From the NCBI GenBank assembly GCA_041743505.1, contig JBGTMQ010000008.1:5183-69182 (forward strand): DNA of 64,000 nucleotides, written 5' to 3'. The notes below the pieces were generated by a model. That model worked only from the letters and a program-made list of their open reading frames with translations. It did not search any database and was not told where the DNA came from. The position numbers were made by a program, and so were the translations under genes. Each line of letters begins with the position of its first letter. The stretch's first letter is position 1. This document shows, in pieces, positions 27,423-38,201 of the stretch. This DNA comes from Candidatus Saccharimonadia bacterium (GTDB lineage: Bacteria; Patescibacteriota; Saccharimonadia; UBA4664).

Positions 27423-29975
27423 ATGAGAGGACAAACAATGGCCGATTTTAATGCACAATTCGATCGGTTCACCGAAAATGCTAAGCACAGTCTGCAGAAT
27501 GCGGAGACAATCGCCGCGCAGATGGGCTCAAGTTACGTCGGCACCGAACACATTTTACTGGGCGTCTTACAGCAGGAAAGCTCCATTGGCGCCAAAATTT
27601 TAAAAAACGCGGGTGTCACTTTTGAAAAAGCCCAGCTGGTTCTGAGCTTTTCCCAACAATTAGTGAGTGGCTCTTACAAGGGCCCCAGCGAGACAGCCCG
27701 CCGCACCCTGACCTACTCGATGCGGGTTGCCAAAGAATTCGGTCAGCCCTACTGCGGCACCGAGCATATTCTGTTTGCTATTCTAAGTGAAAAAAGCGCC
27801 CGCGCCATCAGCCTGCTCAAAAACGACTTACAAGTTGACCCCTCGCTTATCCGAGGCGAGCTTGAAAATTATTTGGGCAACCAGCAGTACTTTTACGCTG
27901 AGGAAGAGCGGACGAGCACGCGTACCGGCAAGAACAGCGGCAAAAGCAAAACCCCGGCTCTGGACCATTTTGGTATCGATATAACCCAGAAAGCCCGCGC
28001 CAACCAGCTCGACCCCGTCGTGGGCAGGGAAGTTCAGATTAGCCGCATGGTCTCGATCTTGAACCGCCGAACGAAGAATAACCCGGTCTTGATTGGCGAG
28101 CCCGGCGTGGGTAAGACCGCCGTTGTCGAAGGCCTGGCCCAGCGCATCGCCACTGAGGACGTGCCCGAGATGCTGCAAAATAAGCAGCTAATCATGCTGG
28201 ATCTCGCCAGCGTCATTGCTGGTACCAAATATCGGGGCGAGTTTGAAGAGCGGCTCAAGAAAATTCTCGATGAGGCTAAGGCTAGCCCCGAGACCATCCT
28301 GTTTATCGACGAATTGCACACTGTTGTAGGCGCCGGCGCGGCTGAAGGCGCCATTGATGCAGCCAACATTCTTAAGCCGGCGTTAAGCCGGGGTGAAATT
28401 CAGGTCATCGGCGCCACCACTTTAGATGAGTATCGCAAGCATATTGAGAAAGACGCTGCATTAGAGCGCCGGTTCCAACCGGTCCAGGTACCCGAGACCA
28501 GTGTGGAAGAAACCATTGAGGTGCTCAAGGGTTTGCGCCCCCGCTACGAGGAACACCACCGCGTCGAGATTACCGACGAAGCCATCGAGAGTGCCGCCAA
28601 GCTGGCCAAACGCTATGTCGCCGACCGTTTCTTGCCCGACAAAGCCATTGATTTGATTGATGAAGCAGCCAGCCTAGCCCGTATCAAGCGTGGTGGTTCG
28701 AGCAAAGCCGTCCGCAGTCTCCAGAAACAGCTCACGGAAATCCGAGATGATATCGAAAGCGCCGTCTTCGATCAGGACTTCGAGCTGGCCGCCCGTCTCA
28801 AAACGCGCGAGAGTGTCATTCAAAACCGCCTGGCCCAGCTCAAGCTCAAGGAAGGCGCCGCTGATGCGGCTATCAAAATTGTGCCCGAAGATATCGCCCA
28901 TGTTATCTCGCTCATGACCGGCATTCCGGTCACCCGGCTCATCAAGACTGAGGTTGAGAGCCTGCTCAAGCTGGCCGGCTCGCTCAAAAGCCGGGTCATC
29001 GGCCAGGACGAGGCAGTGGAAATGATCGCCGCCAGCATCCGCCGCAGCCGCACCGGCATCGCTGACTCACGCCGCCCGATTGGCTCATTCATCTTTCTGG
29101 GCCCCACCGGTGTCGGTAAGACCGAGCTGGCTCGCGTGCTCAGTCAGGAATTGTTCCATGACCGCGAAGCCATGATCAAAATAGACATGAGCGAATTCAT
29201 GGAAAAGCACAACGTGGCGCGCCTGGTCGGGGCACCCGCCGGCTACGTCGGCTACGATGAGGGTGGACAATTGACTGAGCAAGTCCGCCGCAAGCCATAC
29301 TCGTTACTACTATTCGACGAGATCGAAAAAGCTCACCCCGACGTCTTCAATATGCTCCTGCAGATCCTGGAAGACGGCTATGTCACCGATGCCAAGGGCC
29401 GCCGGGTTGATTTCCGTAACACGGTCATCATTATGACGTCAAACGTCGGCGCCAGCGACATGTTCCGCGAAGTTAAAATCGGCTTCAAGACTGAATCTGC
29501 GGCCGAAGAGCGCAAGCTCGAGGAGACGCATGCCCAGGTCAAGCAAAAAGTTTTGTCGGAGCTCAAAAAATCCTTCCGGCCGGAGTTCCTTAACCGCATC
29601 GACCAAATTGTGGTCTTTAAGACTTTGAGTCAGAACGACATCAAGCAAATCCTGCAGCTCCAATTAGCTGATCTGCAAGGACGGCTCGATGAGCAGCGCA
29701 TCAAACTGCGCCTAACTGCTTCAGCTAAAGCCTTGCTGATGGAAAAGGGCTACGACATGGAGCAGGGCGCCCGGCCTATGCGCCGTGCCCTTCAAGACTT
29801 GGTCGAAGACCCGCTGGCTACCGGCTTGCTCGACGGGCAATTCAAGGAGGGTGCTATCGTCACTGCCACCCGACGCGGGGATCTGCTGCACTTGAGCACC
29901 GGCCGTACCACATCGGCGTCCACGGCCGAGCCCGCAGTTGAAGAAGAATCCGGGCACCCGGCACCAGCCGAATAA
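27423..29975 (+). CDS. clpC: ClpC-type AAA+ chaperone ATPase (Clp_N x2, D1, short UVR-like linker, D2)
   Basis: Walker A boxes GEPGVGKT and GPTGVGKT and two Clp_N repeats. The short middle domain points to ClpC rather than ClpB. An alternative start is at 27438. Confidence 0.9.
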   Translation: MRGQTMADFNAQFDRFTENAKHSLQNAETIAAQMGSSYVGTEHILLGVLQQESSIGAKILKNAGVTFEKAQLVLSFSQQLVSGSYKGPSETARRTLTYSMRVAKEFGQPYCGTEHILFAILSEKSARAISLLKNDLQVDPSLIRGELENYLGNQQYFYAEEERTSTRTGKNSGKSKTPALDHFGIDITQKARANQLDPVVGREVQISRMVSILNRRTKNNPVLIGEPGVGKTAVVEGLAQRIATEDVPEMLQNKQLIMLDLASVIAGTKYRGEFEERLKKILDEAKASPETILFIDELHTVVGAGAAEGAIDAANILKPALSRGEIQVIGATTLDEYRKHIEKDAALERRFQPVQVPETSVEETIEVLKGLRPRYEEHHRVEITDEAIESAAKLAKRYVADRFLPDKAIDLIDEAASLARIKRGGSSKAVRSLQKQLTEIRDDIESAVFDQDFELAARLKTRESVIQNRLAQLKLKEGAADAAIKIVPEDIAHVISLMTGIPVTRLIKTEVESLLKLAGSLKSRVIGQDEAVEMIAASIRRSRTGIADSRRPIGSFIFLGPTGVGKTELARVLSQELFHDREAMIKIDMSEFMEKHNVARLVGAPAGYVGYDEGGQLTEQVRRKPYSLLLFDEIEKAHPDVFNMLLQILEDGYVTDAKGRRVDFRNTVIIMTSNVGASDMFREVKIGFKTESAAEERKLEETHAQVKQKVLSELKKSFRPEFLNRIDQIVVFKTLSQNDIKQILQLQLADLQGRLDEQRIKLRLTASAKALLMEKGYDMEQGARPMRRALQDLVEDPLATGLLDGQFKEGAIVTATRRGDLLHLSTGRTTSASTAEPAVEEESGHPAPAE

Positions 29976-30035
29976 CACCAATACGCCAAAAATGCCTCGC
30001 AAGGAGCATTTTCTAACGAGATAATAACATCAAAA

Positions 30036-30073
30036 GGACCGGAGGGCAGGGAAATACACCTGTCCTCCGGTCC
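30036..30073. terminator. Bidirectional terminator GGACCGGAGGGCAGG-N8-CCTGTCCTCCGGTCC followed by TTTGTT
   Basis: Perfect 15-bp stem between convergent clpC and the 30078-30776 gene. Confidence 0.75.
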
Positions 30074-30077
30074 TTTG

Positions 30078-30776
30078 TTAAACGAACTTGCCTCTCTCGG
30101 GGACCCGGACCGAGATACCGCGGCCGTGGCTAGCGTAGAAGAAGTCCTCCCAAGTCTTGCCAAAATCCTTCGGGTTGAGATCCGCGTGAGTAGATCCATA
30201 TTCCACGACCCACGCAGCACTGACGGCCGACCCTTTGAACATCTGGGTTACGTGATGATGCAGGACCGCGCTTCGGGCGTCTTGGGCCTCGGGGTAATTA
30301 GCCCGTAACGCCTCAAAGAAAAAGCGCTCTCCTTCCTTGGCGCGCAACCGGCTAATCGCCACACCGGCGATTTGAGCCAGCTGGGCCGTCTCATCCTGCC
30401 CAAATCGCTTTGAGAAAACCTGCCCAAGAGCCATTTCCGAAGGTTCGTCAGGCTCATCCGCGCGGTCAATTGAATCCACCAATAGAGCCAAACTGTCGGG
30501 ATCACCACCGGCTGCCTTAGCTACAAAACGGGCTAAGGTCTCAACGATCACCGACTGGAATTTTTCAATTCCCGCATAGATAGTTGTAGTAGGCAACAAG
30601 CAAGACGCGAGTTCGCCCAAATGATCGTAGCGGTGTGGTTCTCGTTCCGGATGCGGCAGGTCGCTCAACAAAGTCCATTGCCCGATCAAAGGGGCTGATG
30701 CGGCAAGGGCGGCATCATAATCCTCGGCTTTGCCAGGGACACGGACAAGCTGGATCTCGGAATCTGAATTAGCCAT
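30078..30776 (-). CDS. Hypothetical protein (232 aa)
   Basis: Long ORF with no recognised motif. Confidence 0.55.
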   Translation of the reverse strand: MANSDSEIQLVRVPGKAEDYDAALAASAPLIGQWTLLSDLPHPEREPHRYDHLGELASCLLPTTTIYAGIEKFQSVIVETLARFVAKAAGGDPDSLALLVDSIDRADEPDEPSEMALGQVFSKRFGQDETAQLAQIAGVAISRLRAKEGERFFFEALRANYPEAQDARSAVLHHHVTQMFKGSAVSAAWVVEYGSTHADLNPKDFGKTWEDFFYASHGRGISVRVPERGKFV

Positions 30777-30921
30777 GGTCTAACTCTCTGTTAGGGTACA
30801 AAACGATAGAATTGTCAATCATTATCATGATTATGTCAAGATCAGGCGTGTTGTTTGTTCGGCTTGAGTTCGGTATAATATGACCCTCCAAGCAGGTAAA
30901 ATAACCCAAAAGGACAAAGCA

Positions 30922-32262
30922 ATGCCAAAAACTACCACACGTTTTGTCTGCCAAAGTTGCGGCGCGGTATTTGCTCGTTGGATGGGTAAGTGCGAGCAAT
31001 GCGCCGCCTGGAATTCGCTGGTCGAAGAAGTCGCGCCCGTATCGTCTGGTCTGGGTAAGGCCCGGCCTAGTGCCGCACTGGCCTCGACCAAGCTTGATGA
31101 GGTCAAAACCCAGAAGCTTCCCCGATTCCTGGCCGGCATTGACGAGGTCGACCAGGTATTGGGCGGAGGGATTGTTCCGGGTGCAGTCATGCTGCTGTCT
31201 GGTGACCCAGGTATCGGCAAGAGCACACTAGTACTGCAAATAGCCAGCCATTTGGCCCAAAATGAGCGGGTGCTCTATGTCAGCGGGGAAGAGAGCGTTA
31301 CTCAAATCAAGCTGAGGGCTGAAAGAATGAATGTTCTAGCCCAAGGCCTGGAGCTGTTAACTGAAACCAATGTCGACGCTATAGCCGCCACCATCGAACA
31401 GGGCGGTTATAAGCTTGTGATCATCGACTCCATCCAAACCATGGCGGTAGAGGCACTGACCGGCTCGCCGGGCACTGTCGGTCAGATTACTGCCAGCACC
31501 CAGGTTTTGCAGGCGGTAGCCAAACGGCATGATATTTCCACGCTCATCATTGGGCATGTCACGAAGGAGGGCCATATTGCAGGACCCAAAATCCTCGAAC
31601 ATTTGGTCGATGTTGTACTCTATCTCGAGGGTGACCGGTACGGAGCCTTCAAAGCTCTACGCGGCATCAAGAATCGGTTCGGCTCCACCAGCGAAGTCGG
31701 CATTTTCGAAATGGGCGAATCCGGCTTAGTGCCCGTCGCTAACCCGTCTCAGGCGCTATTATCCGAGCGCCAGCCTGGTCCGGGTTCGGTGGTCTTGGCT
31801 ACCCTCGAAGGCAGCCGCCCGCTGCTCGTGGAAGTCCAGGCGCTAGTCAGCACCACATCCTTTGGTTATCCGAAGCGAGCGGCCGTTGGTTTTGACTTAA
31901 ACCGGCTTAACTTGCTCGTTGCCGTTTTGACCAAACGGGCCGGACTCAACTTGAGCTCATCGGATATTTATGTTAACGTAGTCGGTGGGTTGAAAGTATC
32001 CGAGCCAGCCGCTGATTTAGCAATTATTTTATCTATCGCATCGGCTTTTAAGGATATTTCGGTTCCACAAAATTTGGTCGCGTTCGGCGAAGTTGGCCTG
32101 AGCGGAGAGGTTCGCTCAGTCGGACAAGTCGCCAAGCGCCTGGCCGAGGCCCAGCGACTTGATCTAACCTATGCCGTAGGTCCCAAGCGTCAAACCTCAG
32201 CCGGTCTCAACGGCGCCGCAACCGTAGCCGAAGCAGTAGCCTTGATCCGCAGTAAAGCCTAA
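30922..32262 (+). CDS. radA: DNA repair protein RadA/Sms
   Basis: Zn ribbon CQSCG..CEQC, Walker A GDPGIGKST, KNRFG motif and a Lon-like C-terminus. AAAGGA SD before the ATG at 30922. Confidence 0.92.
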   Translation: MPKTTTRFVCQSCGAVFARWMGKCEQCAAWNSLVEEVAPVSSGLGKARPSAALASTKLDEVKTQKLPRFLAGIDEVDQVLGGGIVPGAVMLLSGDPGIGKSTLVLQIASHLAQNERVLYVSGEESVTQIKLRAERMNVLAQGLELLTETNVDAIAATIEQGGYKLVIIDSIQTMAVEALTGSPGTVGQITASTQVLQAVAKRHDISTLIIGHVTKEGHIAGPKILEHLVDVVLYLEGDRYGAFKALRGIKNRFGSTSEVGIFEMGESGLVPVANPSQALLSERQPGPGSVVLATLEGSRPLLVEVQALVSTTSFGYPKRAAVGFDLNRLNLLVAVLTKRAGLNLSSSDIYVNVVGGLKVSEPAADLAIILSIASAFKDISVPQNLVAFGEVGLSGEVRSVGQVAKRLAEAQRLDLTYAVGPKRQTSAGLNGAATVAEAVALIRSKA

Positions 32263-32280
32263 ATAAAGGATGTCTTTATC

Positions 32281-33531
32281 ATGACCGATACCATGGTCTT
32301 ATCTCTCACCATCGTTGGTGTATTAATTGTGTTGCTAGGTATTCTTCGCCTGCGCCACGTCTCATTGCAGACTTTAGTATTGGGCCTGATCGGCGCTATT
32401 GTCGGGCTGCTGTTGGGCGCCCTGGCGAGCGTTCCCTTGAGTAAATTGTCCGACCCGTTTGGCGGAATTCTGCCGGTTGCCATAACGGTAATGTTTACGC
32501 TTACAGCCGTCGTTTTGGTACTTAGCCGCCGCACCGCCTTCCTTAAGCTCTTGCCTTTCTTGTCGATTGAAAACACCGATGCCAGCCAAGCCCAATCAGC
32601 CGCTCCGGCAGACGCACCAGCCGCCAACCGGGTTTTGGTCGACACATCAGTCATCATCGATGGGCGGATTGCTGATATTGCTGAAGCCGGCTTTGTGCCC
32701 GGCGTGCTCGTGGTGCCACGCTTCGTCTTGGCTGAGTTGCAGAACATCGCCGACTCAGACGATGCTATGCGTCGCGGCCGCGGCCGTCGCGGCCTGGAGG
32801 TCCTAAACCGGCTGCGGGACATGCCGGACGTCACCGTAGAAATTACCGAAGAGGACGTCTCTGGAATCAAAGAAGTAGACGCCAAGCTTGTTGCTTTGGC
32901 ACAGCGGTTTACGTGCAATGTCTTGACCACTGACTACAACCTGAACCGGGTGGCTCAGATCCAGGGCGTACGCGTACTTAACGTCAATGAGTTATCTAAC
33001 GCCATTCGGCCGGTTGTGCTGCCAGGTGAGCAGCTTATGGTTCGTGTGGTCCAGCCCGGCAAAGAGCGCAACCAGGGTGTAGGGTATCTGGCTGATGGGA
33101 CCATGATCGTAGTAGAAAACGGCGATAAAATGATCGGGCAAGAGGTCGCAACAGAAGTAACACGGGTTTTTCAAACCGTGGCCGGCAAAATGATTTTCGC
33201 TACTCCGCGTAAAGGCGTAGTCGTGCCAGAGCCAAAGCCAGTGTCGGCTCCACCCCAAGCCGCCTCGAACGTGCCTGAACCAGTTGCCCCAGTTCCGGCA
33301 CCAGCTCCGTTAGTCTCTGCCGAAAGTACTAAGCCGCCTAAGTCGCAGCAGGCAGCTCAGCCCCCGGCATCTCAACCTACGCAGTCGCAAAAGACCACTA
33401 GCGGTAGTCGCGCGACTGGTCCTCGTGCCAATGGTAATGGTCGCAGCCGTCGTCAGAACAATCATCGCCCGTCAGGCAGTGGCGACATCGAGGAGCGTTT
33501 AGTCCAACGCAATCACGGCCCCCAACAGTAA
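32281..33531 (+). CDS. PIN and TRAM domain membrane protein (YacL-like) with a Pro/Gln-rich C-terminal tail
   Basis: N-terminal TMs, PIN domain (VLVDTSVIIDGRI...VPRFVLAELQ) and TRAM domain (GEQLMVRVVQPGKERNQGVGYL). The radA-yacL synteny is conserved. Confidence 0.8.
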   Translation: MTDTMVLSLTIVGVLIVLLGILRLRHVSLQTLVLGLIGAIVGLLLGALASVPLSKLSDPFGGILPVAITVMFTLTAVVLVLSRRTAFLKLLPFLSIENTDASQAQSAAPADAPAANRVLVDTSVIIDGRIADIAEAGFVPGVLVVPRFVLAELQNIADSDDAMRRGRGRRGLEVLNRLRDMPDVTVEITEEDVSGIKEVDAKLVALAQRFTCNVLTTDYNLNRVAQIQGVRVLNVNELSNAIRPVVLPGEQLMVRVVQPGKERNQGVGYLADGTMIVVENGDKMIGQEVATEVTRVFQTVAGKMIFATPRKGVVVPEPKPVSAPPQAASNVPEPVAPVPAPAPLVSAESTKPPKSQQAAQPPASQPTQSQKTTSGSRATGPRANGNGRSRRQNNHRPSGSGDIEERLVQRNHGPQQ

Positions 33532-33575
33532 GACCTTGCCGCGTATAAGCATGAGCTTTTTGCTATAATGGGCCC

Positions 33576-34319
33576 ATGCCCTTAACTAATTATCATCGTC
33601 TCGTCCGCCATAGCCAACATCATCATCGCCATCACTGGATCGCTTTTTCCTTACTAGTTGGCGGTATCGCAGTTTTATCGCTGGCTTCAGCAGACCACCC
33701 TCTGGATACTCTGGGATTCCTGAGAGCCTTTAGCGGCAGCTTTTTCATTGTGGTAGTGGCCTACATTCTAAGCTTAATCATCGGTGTGATATTGGGCCTG
33801 GCAACAATGGCATCGCCGAAAATCGAGGCCGTTGCTTTACCTATTGTGGATCTGGCGCAAAATCTACCAACTTTTGCCATTTTGCCACTCATGGTCTACT
33901 GGTTTGGCCAGACCCCTCTGGTTGTTATCACAATTTTGGTACTGGCCATGATCTGGCCAATTATCTTTAGTGTCGTTGAAGGGATTAAAGGCCAGCGCCA
34001 GGATATAGCCGAGGCAGCGACGGTTTTCGGCGCCACCGGATGGCAGAGATGGACTCACTATCTGTGGCCCTGGTTGCGCCCCCAAGTCATTGCCGGCTCT
34101 GTCGTCTCGTGGGGTCTTGCCTGGGAAACAATTGTGGCCGCCGAGATCATCGCCGGTGTATTTGGGGCTGGCTACTATCTAGGTGCATTGGGTGATGGCG
34201 GTAACGTCCAGGCATTGGCCTTGGGCGTATTCATTTATATGTTCCTGATCTTTGCCATCAACCAGCTGTTCTGGCTGCCATTGCTGCACCGCTATTCTAA
34301 ATATACGGCGAGACCATGA
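33576..34319 (+). CDS. ABC transporter permease (NitT/TauT/SsuC-like)
   Basis: 6 TMs and an EAA-like loop. Lies upstream of the matching ATPase. Confidence 0.75.
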   Translation: MPLTNYHRLVRHSQHHHRHHWIAFSLLVGGIAVLSLASADHPLDTLGFLRAFSGSFFIVVVAYILSLIIGVILGLATMASPKIEAVALPIVDLAQNLPTFAILPLMVYWFGQTPLVVITILVLAMIWPIIFSVVEGIKGQRQDIAEAATVFGATGWQRWTHYLWPWLRPQVIAGSVVSWGLAWETIVAAEIIAGVFGAGYYLGALGDGGNVQALALGVFIYMFLIFAINQLFWLPLLHRYSKYTARP

Positions 34320-35038
34320 AATCACTTGAACTACAACACATTGTTAAGCAATACCCGGGAGAAAAGGGCCCAAGCCTCGTTTTGCAGGATATCAATCTCA
34401 TCGTCAGACCGGGTGAATTTCTGTGCCTGATCGGTCCAGCCGGCTCCGGTACATCCACGCTGCTGCGGATCATAGCCGGCCTGGTCGAGCCCACATCGGG
34501 GCACGTGGTTAACCGTCCACAACCAGTCGGAATGGTATTTCAGCAGGACGGCCTGATGCCTTGGCTGACAGTGTCGGAAAATATCGCTTATGGCTTACAA
34601 ATGGCCGGTGAACACCCTAAAGCAGTTCACAGGGTGGTATCCGAACAAGCTGAGCTACTTAATTTACATGATCTGCAAAACCATTACCCCAAGGATTTAT
34701 CCGGCGCCGAAAAACAGCGGGTCGCCCTTGCCAGGGCTCTGGCCGTCAACCCGGACGCTATACTATTCAATGATGCTTTCTCCGGGCTCGACGACGTATC
34801 GGCCGGGGAGCTGCGGACCGGGCTACTGGGAATCTGGCAACAGACGGGCAAGACAGTCATTATGGTAACGCACAGCCCAGAAGAGGCCGTTCAGTTGGCC
34901 GGCCGAATCGCAGTGTTGTCGCCGCGCCCTGGCACAATCATCAAATCAATTACGAATAAACTACCACATCCCCGTCAAGTGCGCAGCGATGAGTTCTATA
35001 AACAGGCCGATACGCTCCGCGCGCTAATACAGGGCTAA
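34316..35038 (+). CDS. ABC transporter ATP-binding protein (nitrate/sulfonate/bicarbonate type)
   Basis: Walker A GPAGSGTSTL, signature LSGAEKQRVALARAL and Walker B ILFNDAFSGLD. Confidence 0.85.
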   Translation: MKSLELQHIVKQYPGEKGPSLVLQDINLIVRPGEFLCLIGPAGSGTSTLLRIIAGLVEPTSGHVVNRPQPVGMVFQQDGLMPWLTVSENIAYGLQMAGEHPKAVHRVVSEQAELLNLHDLQNHYPKDLSGAEKQRVALARALAVNPDAILFNDAFSGLDDVSAGELRTGLLGIWQQTGKTVIMVTHSPEEAVQLAGRIAVLSPRPGTIIKSITNKLPHPRQVRSDEFYKQADTLRALIQG

Positions 35039-35045
35039 CGCTCCT

Positions 35046-37979
35046 TTATTCGATATTGAAGGACAGGTCAGGTGTTTTGACACCGTTGTCATCCTGGACA
35101 TACCAGGTATGACCGCCTGAAGACAACACGGTAGCTGATCGGGAGGTACTGGCGGTCGGGCCCCCTCGTGGTGAGCCATCAACGTACAGCCGGTATTGGC
35201 TGGCACCCTCGTTGGACGACCAGGCAAAGCTGATACTGCCAGGCGGTAAAGTAGCCCCATCTGTGGGGCTGAGGCCCTGGAAGCCGCTGCCATTGGTTCC
35301 ACTGGCGTTGATGGTGTCCTCATCACTGCCCTGGTAAAGACCAGTGTCCGTAACGATCGCCTTTATTACATGCGAACCAGCCGTTGGGGCGATGCCGGTT
35401 ATGGGGTAGGTATCGCTGGCACTAATTTGCTTAGTATAAACAATCTGGTCATCCAGATATACCTGTAACTGAGCGGAGCCAATGCCTTGCTTGGCCGTAC
35501 CGAATGTGCCCAACGTCACATTGGCCGCGACATTATTGTATGGCCCGCTTCCGCTAGTGCCATTCAATGACACAGTTGGCTTAACATCGGCGCAAGAGTG
35601 CGCGTCATCTGTTTGGGTTATGCCGGTGCTTAGCTGTTGTTCACGAGCCAGCGGCGGTGTACAGTCGGTCGCTAGTTTGCCCGAGACTTTATCCATGGAA
35701 ACATATTTTCGGGCCTGCTGCTTATACCATTTAGGATAGAAATCACTCGATGAAGTAGCCCTAAGCGCCCCGCCGGCATTCGGCAAATACTGCAGGCCTG
35801 CCGGGCGGTTAAAGGTCTCAATCGGCTTACTATTCAAGGCCGCACTCATAAAGCCCTTCCAAATTGGCGCGGAAATGTCAGCCGCCTGACTGGTCATGGG
35901 CTTGTTGTCGTTATTGCCGGCCCAAACACCGGCCACGATTGAGGGCGTATAGCCTACGGTCCAGGCGTCATTGAAGTGTTCGGTTGTGCCGGTCTTAACA
36001 GCCACGCCTTGTCCTCCCTGGCCGCTGGCACTGTGACCGGGCACATTAAGCGAGCTACCAAAGATATATGACCGGGCTCCAGCGTCGCTCAACATGCTGG
36101 TAATAAGATATGCGACCTGGGGGTCAAGCACTTTCTTGGGCGTAGCCGGTTTAGTGTTATCTTCCAAAACCTTGTCCCGGCTATCGTAAATCTTCAATAC
36201 CATAGTGGGGTCATAATGGACGCCACCGTTGGCAAAGCTCTCGTAGGCATTAACATGGTCGGCCAGTTTGACCTCGCCTGAGCCCAGCACCAAGCTCAGG
36301 CCGTAAGTGCTGGCCGGCTTGTTGAGCGTGGTAATGCCCATATTACGCGCAGTGGTAATTGAATTTGAAACGCCGGCCAAACTCAAGGCCTGAACAGCCG
36401 GAATATTCAATGAACCAGCCAGCGCTGTGCGAACTGTGACCGGGCCGCCCACCTCAGTACTACCACCGAAATCACGAGGTTTATAATTCTTATCAAACGA
36501 ATCAGCGGTTGCGATAGTGTCACTCAAGATACTGCCAGCACCATAGGTGGCGCAGGTGGTCGTATTGGCGGTACAGGTTGCGTCCTTGTTCTTACCAAAC
36601 AACGCGGCATAGACAAAGGGCTTAAAGCTTGATCCGGGCTGGCGTGGACGCGTTGCCACATTCACCTGCGATTCGGCGAAGCTGTATGAACCAACCATAG
36701 CTAGGACCTGTCCATTGGCCGGATTGGACGCCACCAGGGCGGCATTTGAGCCTTTGTTACGCAGCAGGTTTGTGTAGCTACTGTTACGTGCGTTTGGATT
36801 TACAGCTGCTTTCCCATCAGGTTTGCAGGACTCATTGCCCGGGTTGTAGATAGCCAGTTCCGCACAGCGCTGCAAGTTTGGATCCAACGAGGTAATGACC
36901 TTCCAGCCGCCTTGCTCTACTCGTGCCGCGCCATATTTCTCCTCCAACTGGTCCTGCACCGTATACACAAAGTTCGGGGCGGTTACCGCGCTATAGAATG
37001 AAGGGGTTTTATTAATAGCTAGAGCCTTATTGCCCGCTGTGTTATCGAGCATGGCCAAAGTCCACTTAGCCTCATCGGCCTTAGCCTGACTGACGTAGCC
37101 TTGCTCAACCATCTTGCGCAAAATGAGATGCTGGCGGTCGATGAGCTCCTGTTTATGCTGTCCGTACGGGTTGAAGTAGGACGGCAAGTTAGGCACAGCG
37201 GCCAGCAGCGCCGATTCGCCCAAGTTTAGATGCTCGGCGCAACTGGTCTTGCCGTACTTATCGGAGAAATACGTCCGGCAGGCCGCTTCAATGCCATAAG
37301 CACCGTTGCCATAGGGGATTTCGTTTAAATACAGCTTAAGAATATCGTTCTTAGAGTAGAACTGGTTAATCTCAATCGATAAAATTAACTCTTTAATCTT
37401 GCGGCTATAGAGGTCAAGGAATTTACGACTATAAATATTATCGTTCGTAAGTAGAGCATTCTTAACGTACTGCTGAGTAATGGTGGAGCCGCCACCCGCC
37501 GACGAATTGCGAGTTACGACACCGGTAAAGGCCCGTCCCATACCGCTCACCGAGAAGGCACCCTCTTTATAAAAGTTCTTATCCTCAATGGCGATAGTGG
37601 CTTGCTTAATAGTCTCCGGCATCTGATTGAACCCAATCAGCAAACGGTTCTGATTACCATGAACCTCATAAAGCTTGGTGCCCTTGCCTGGGTTGGTTAG
37701 TTCGTCACGGGCATAAAACGTAGTGGTAAGACCAAGCTTGCCATTGTTAATCTTGGCCGGCGAAGGCAAATCCTTGGCGTACCAGAGAAATACCAAGAAG
37801 ATAAACAAAAAACCCGCGCCAGCCAATTTGGCAAGACGAATAAGGCCGGCTTTACCGAGCCAGTAATCCTTAAAGTACTTTGGCGTGAACGATAGAAAAA
37901 AACGCTGAACATGCCCTTTAAAGCCAGTAAATTGACTGTCTAGGGGGCGGGCCGGCCGCCGAACACGACGAGTTGGCAT
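35046..37979 (-). CDS. Penicillin-binding protein 1A (GT51 transglycosylase plus transpeptidase) with a roughly 250-aa C-terminal beta-rich extension
   Basis: GT51 EDKNFYKEGA. Transpeptidase motifs SSFKPF, SLN and KTGTT. N-terminal TM. Confidence 0.9.
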   Translation of the reverse strand: MPTRRVRRPARPLDSQFTGFKGHVQRFFLSFTPKYFKDYWLGKAGLIRLAKLAGAGFLFIFLVFLWYAKDLPSPAKINNGKLGLTTTFYARDELTNPGKGTKLYEVHGNQNRLLIGFNQMPETIKQATIAIEDKNFYKEGAFSVSGMGRAFTGVVTRNSSAGGGSTITQQYVKNALLTNDNIYSRKFLDLYSRKIKELILSIEINQFYSKNDILKLYLNEIPYGNGAYGIEAACRTYFSDKYGKTSCAEHLNLGESALLAAVPNLPSYFNPYGQHKQELIDRQHLILRKMVEQGYVSQAKADEAKWTLAMLDNTAGNKALAINKTPSFYSAVTAPNFVYTVQDQLEEKYGAARVEQGGWKVITSLDPNLQRCAELAIYNPGNESCKPDGKAAVNPNARNSSYTNLLRNKGSNAALVASNPANGQVLAMVGSYSFAESQVNVATRPRQPGSSFKPFVYAALFGKNKDATCTANTTTCATYGAGSILSDTIATADSFDKNYKPRDFGGSTEVGGPVTVRTALAGSLNIPAVQALSLAGVSNSITTARNMGITTLNKPASTYGLSLVLGSGEVKLADHVNAYESFANGGVHYDPTMVLKIYDSRDKVLEDNTKPATPKKVLDPQVAYLITSMLSDAGARSYIFGSSLNVPGHSASGQGGQGVAVKTGTTEHFNDAWTVGYTPSIVAGVWAGNNDNKPMTSQAADISAPIWKGFMSAALNSKPIETFNRPAGLQYLPNAGGALRATSSSDFYPKWYKQQARKYVSMDKVSGKLATDCTPPLAREQQLSTGITQTDDAHSCADVKPTVSLNGTSGSGPYNNVAANVTLGTFGTAKQGIGSAQLQVYLDDQIVYTKQISASDTYPITGIAPTAGSHVIKAIVTDTGLYQGSDEDTINASGTNGSGFQGLSPTDGATLPPGSISFAWSSNEGASQYRLYVDGSPRGGPTASTSRSATVLSSGGHTWYVQDDNGVKTPDLSFNIE

Positions 37980-38201
37980 AGTTCCTCTAAATATGAATAA
38001 TTACGCTTTAGCATTATAGCAAACAATTAGGGTATAACGGTCAATTAATGATGTATCACAGTTGGCCTGAAAAAATACTGAAAAAGGCCATTAAAGCCCA
38101 TCTACCTCAGGCAATACAAACTACTGCCCTCAGTTCAGTACCCACTCACAAGCACCTTAACACTGGGGTCTAAGCATAATGTCTGTTAAACTAGGCCACA
38201 T

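Noticed and set aside
38020-38200. T-box-like AATTAGGGT sequence in the tyrS leader
   Set aside because: The match covers only 9 nt and diverges from the AATTAGGGTGGTACCGCG consensus afterwards. It lies at the 5' end of the leader rather than the 3' end. No specifier-loop, antiterminator or terminator architecture is present.
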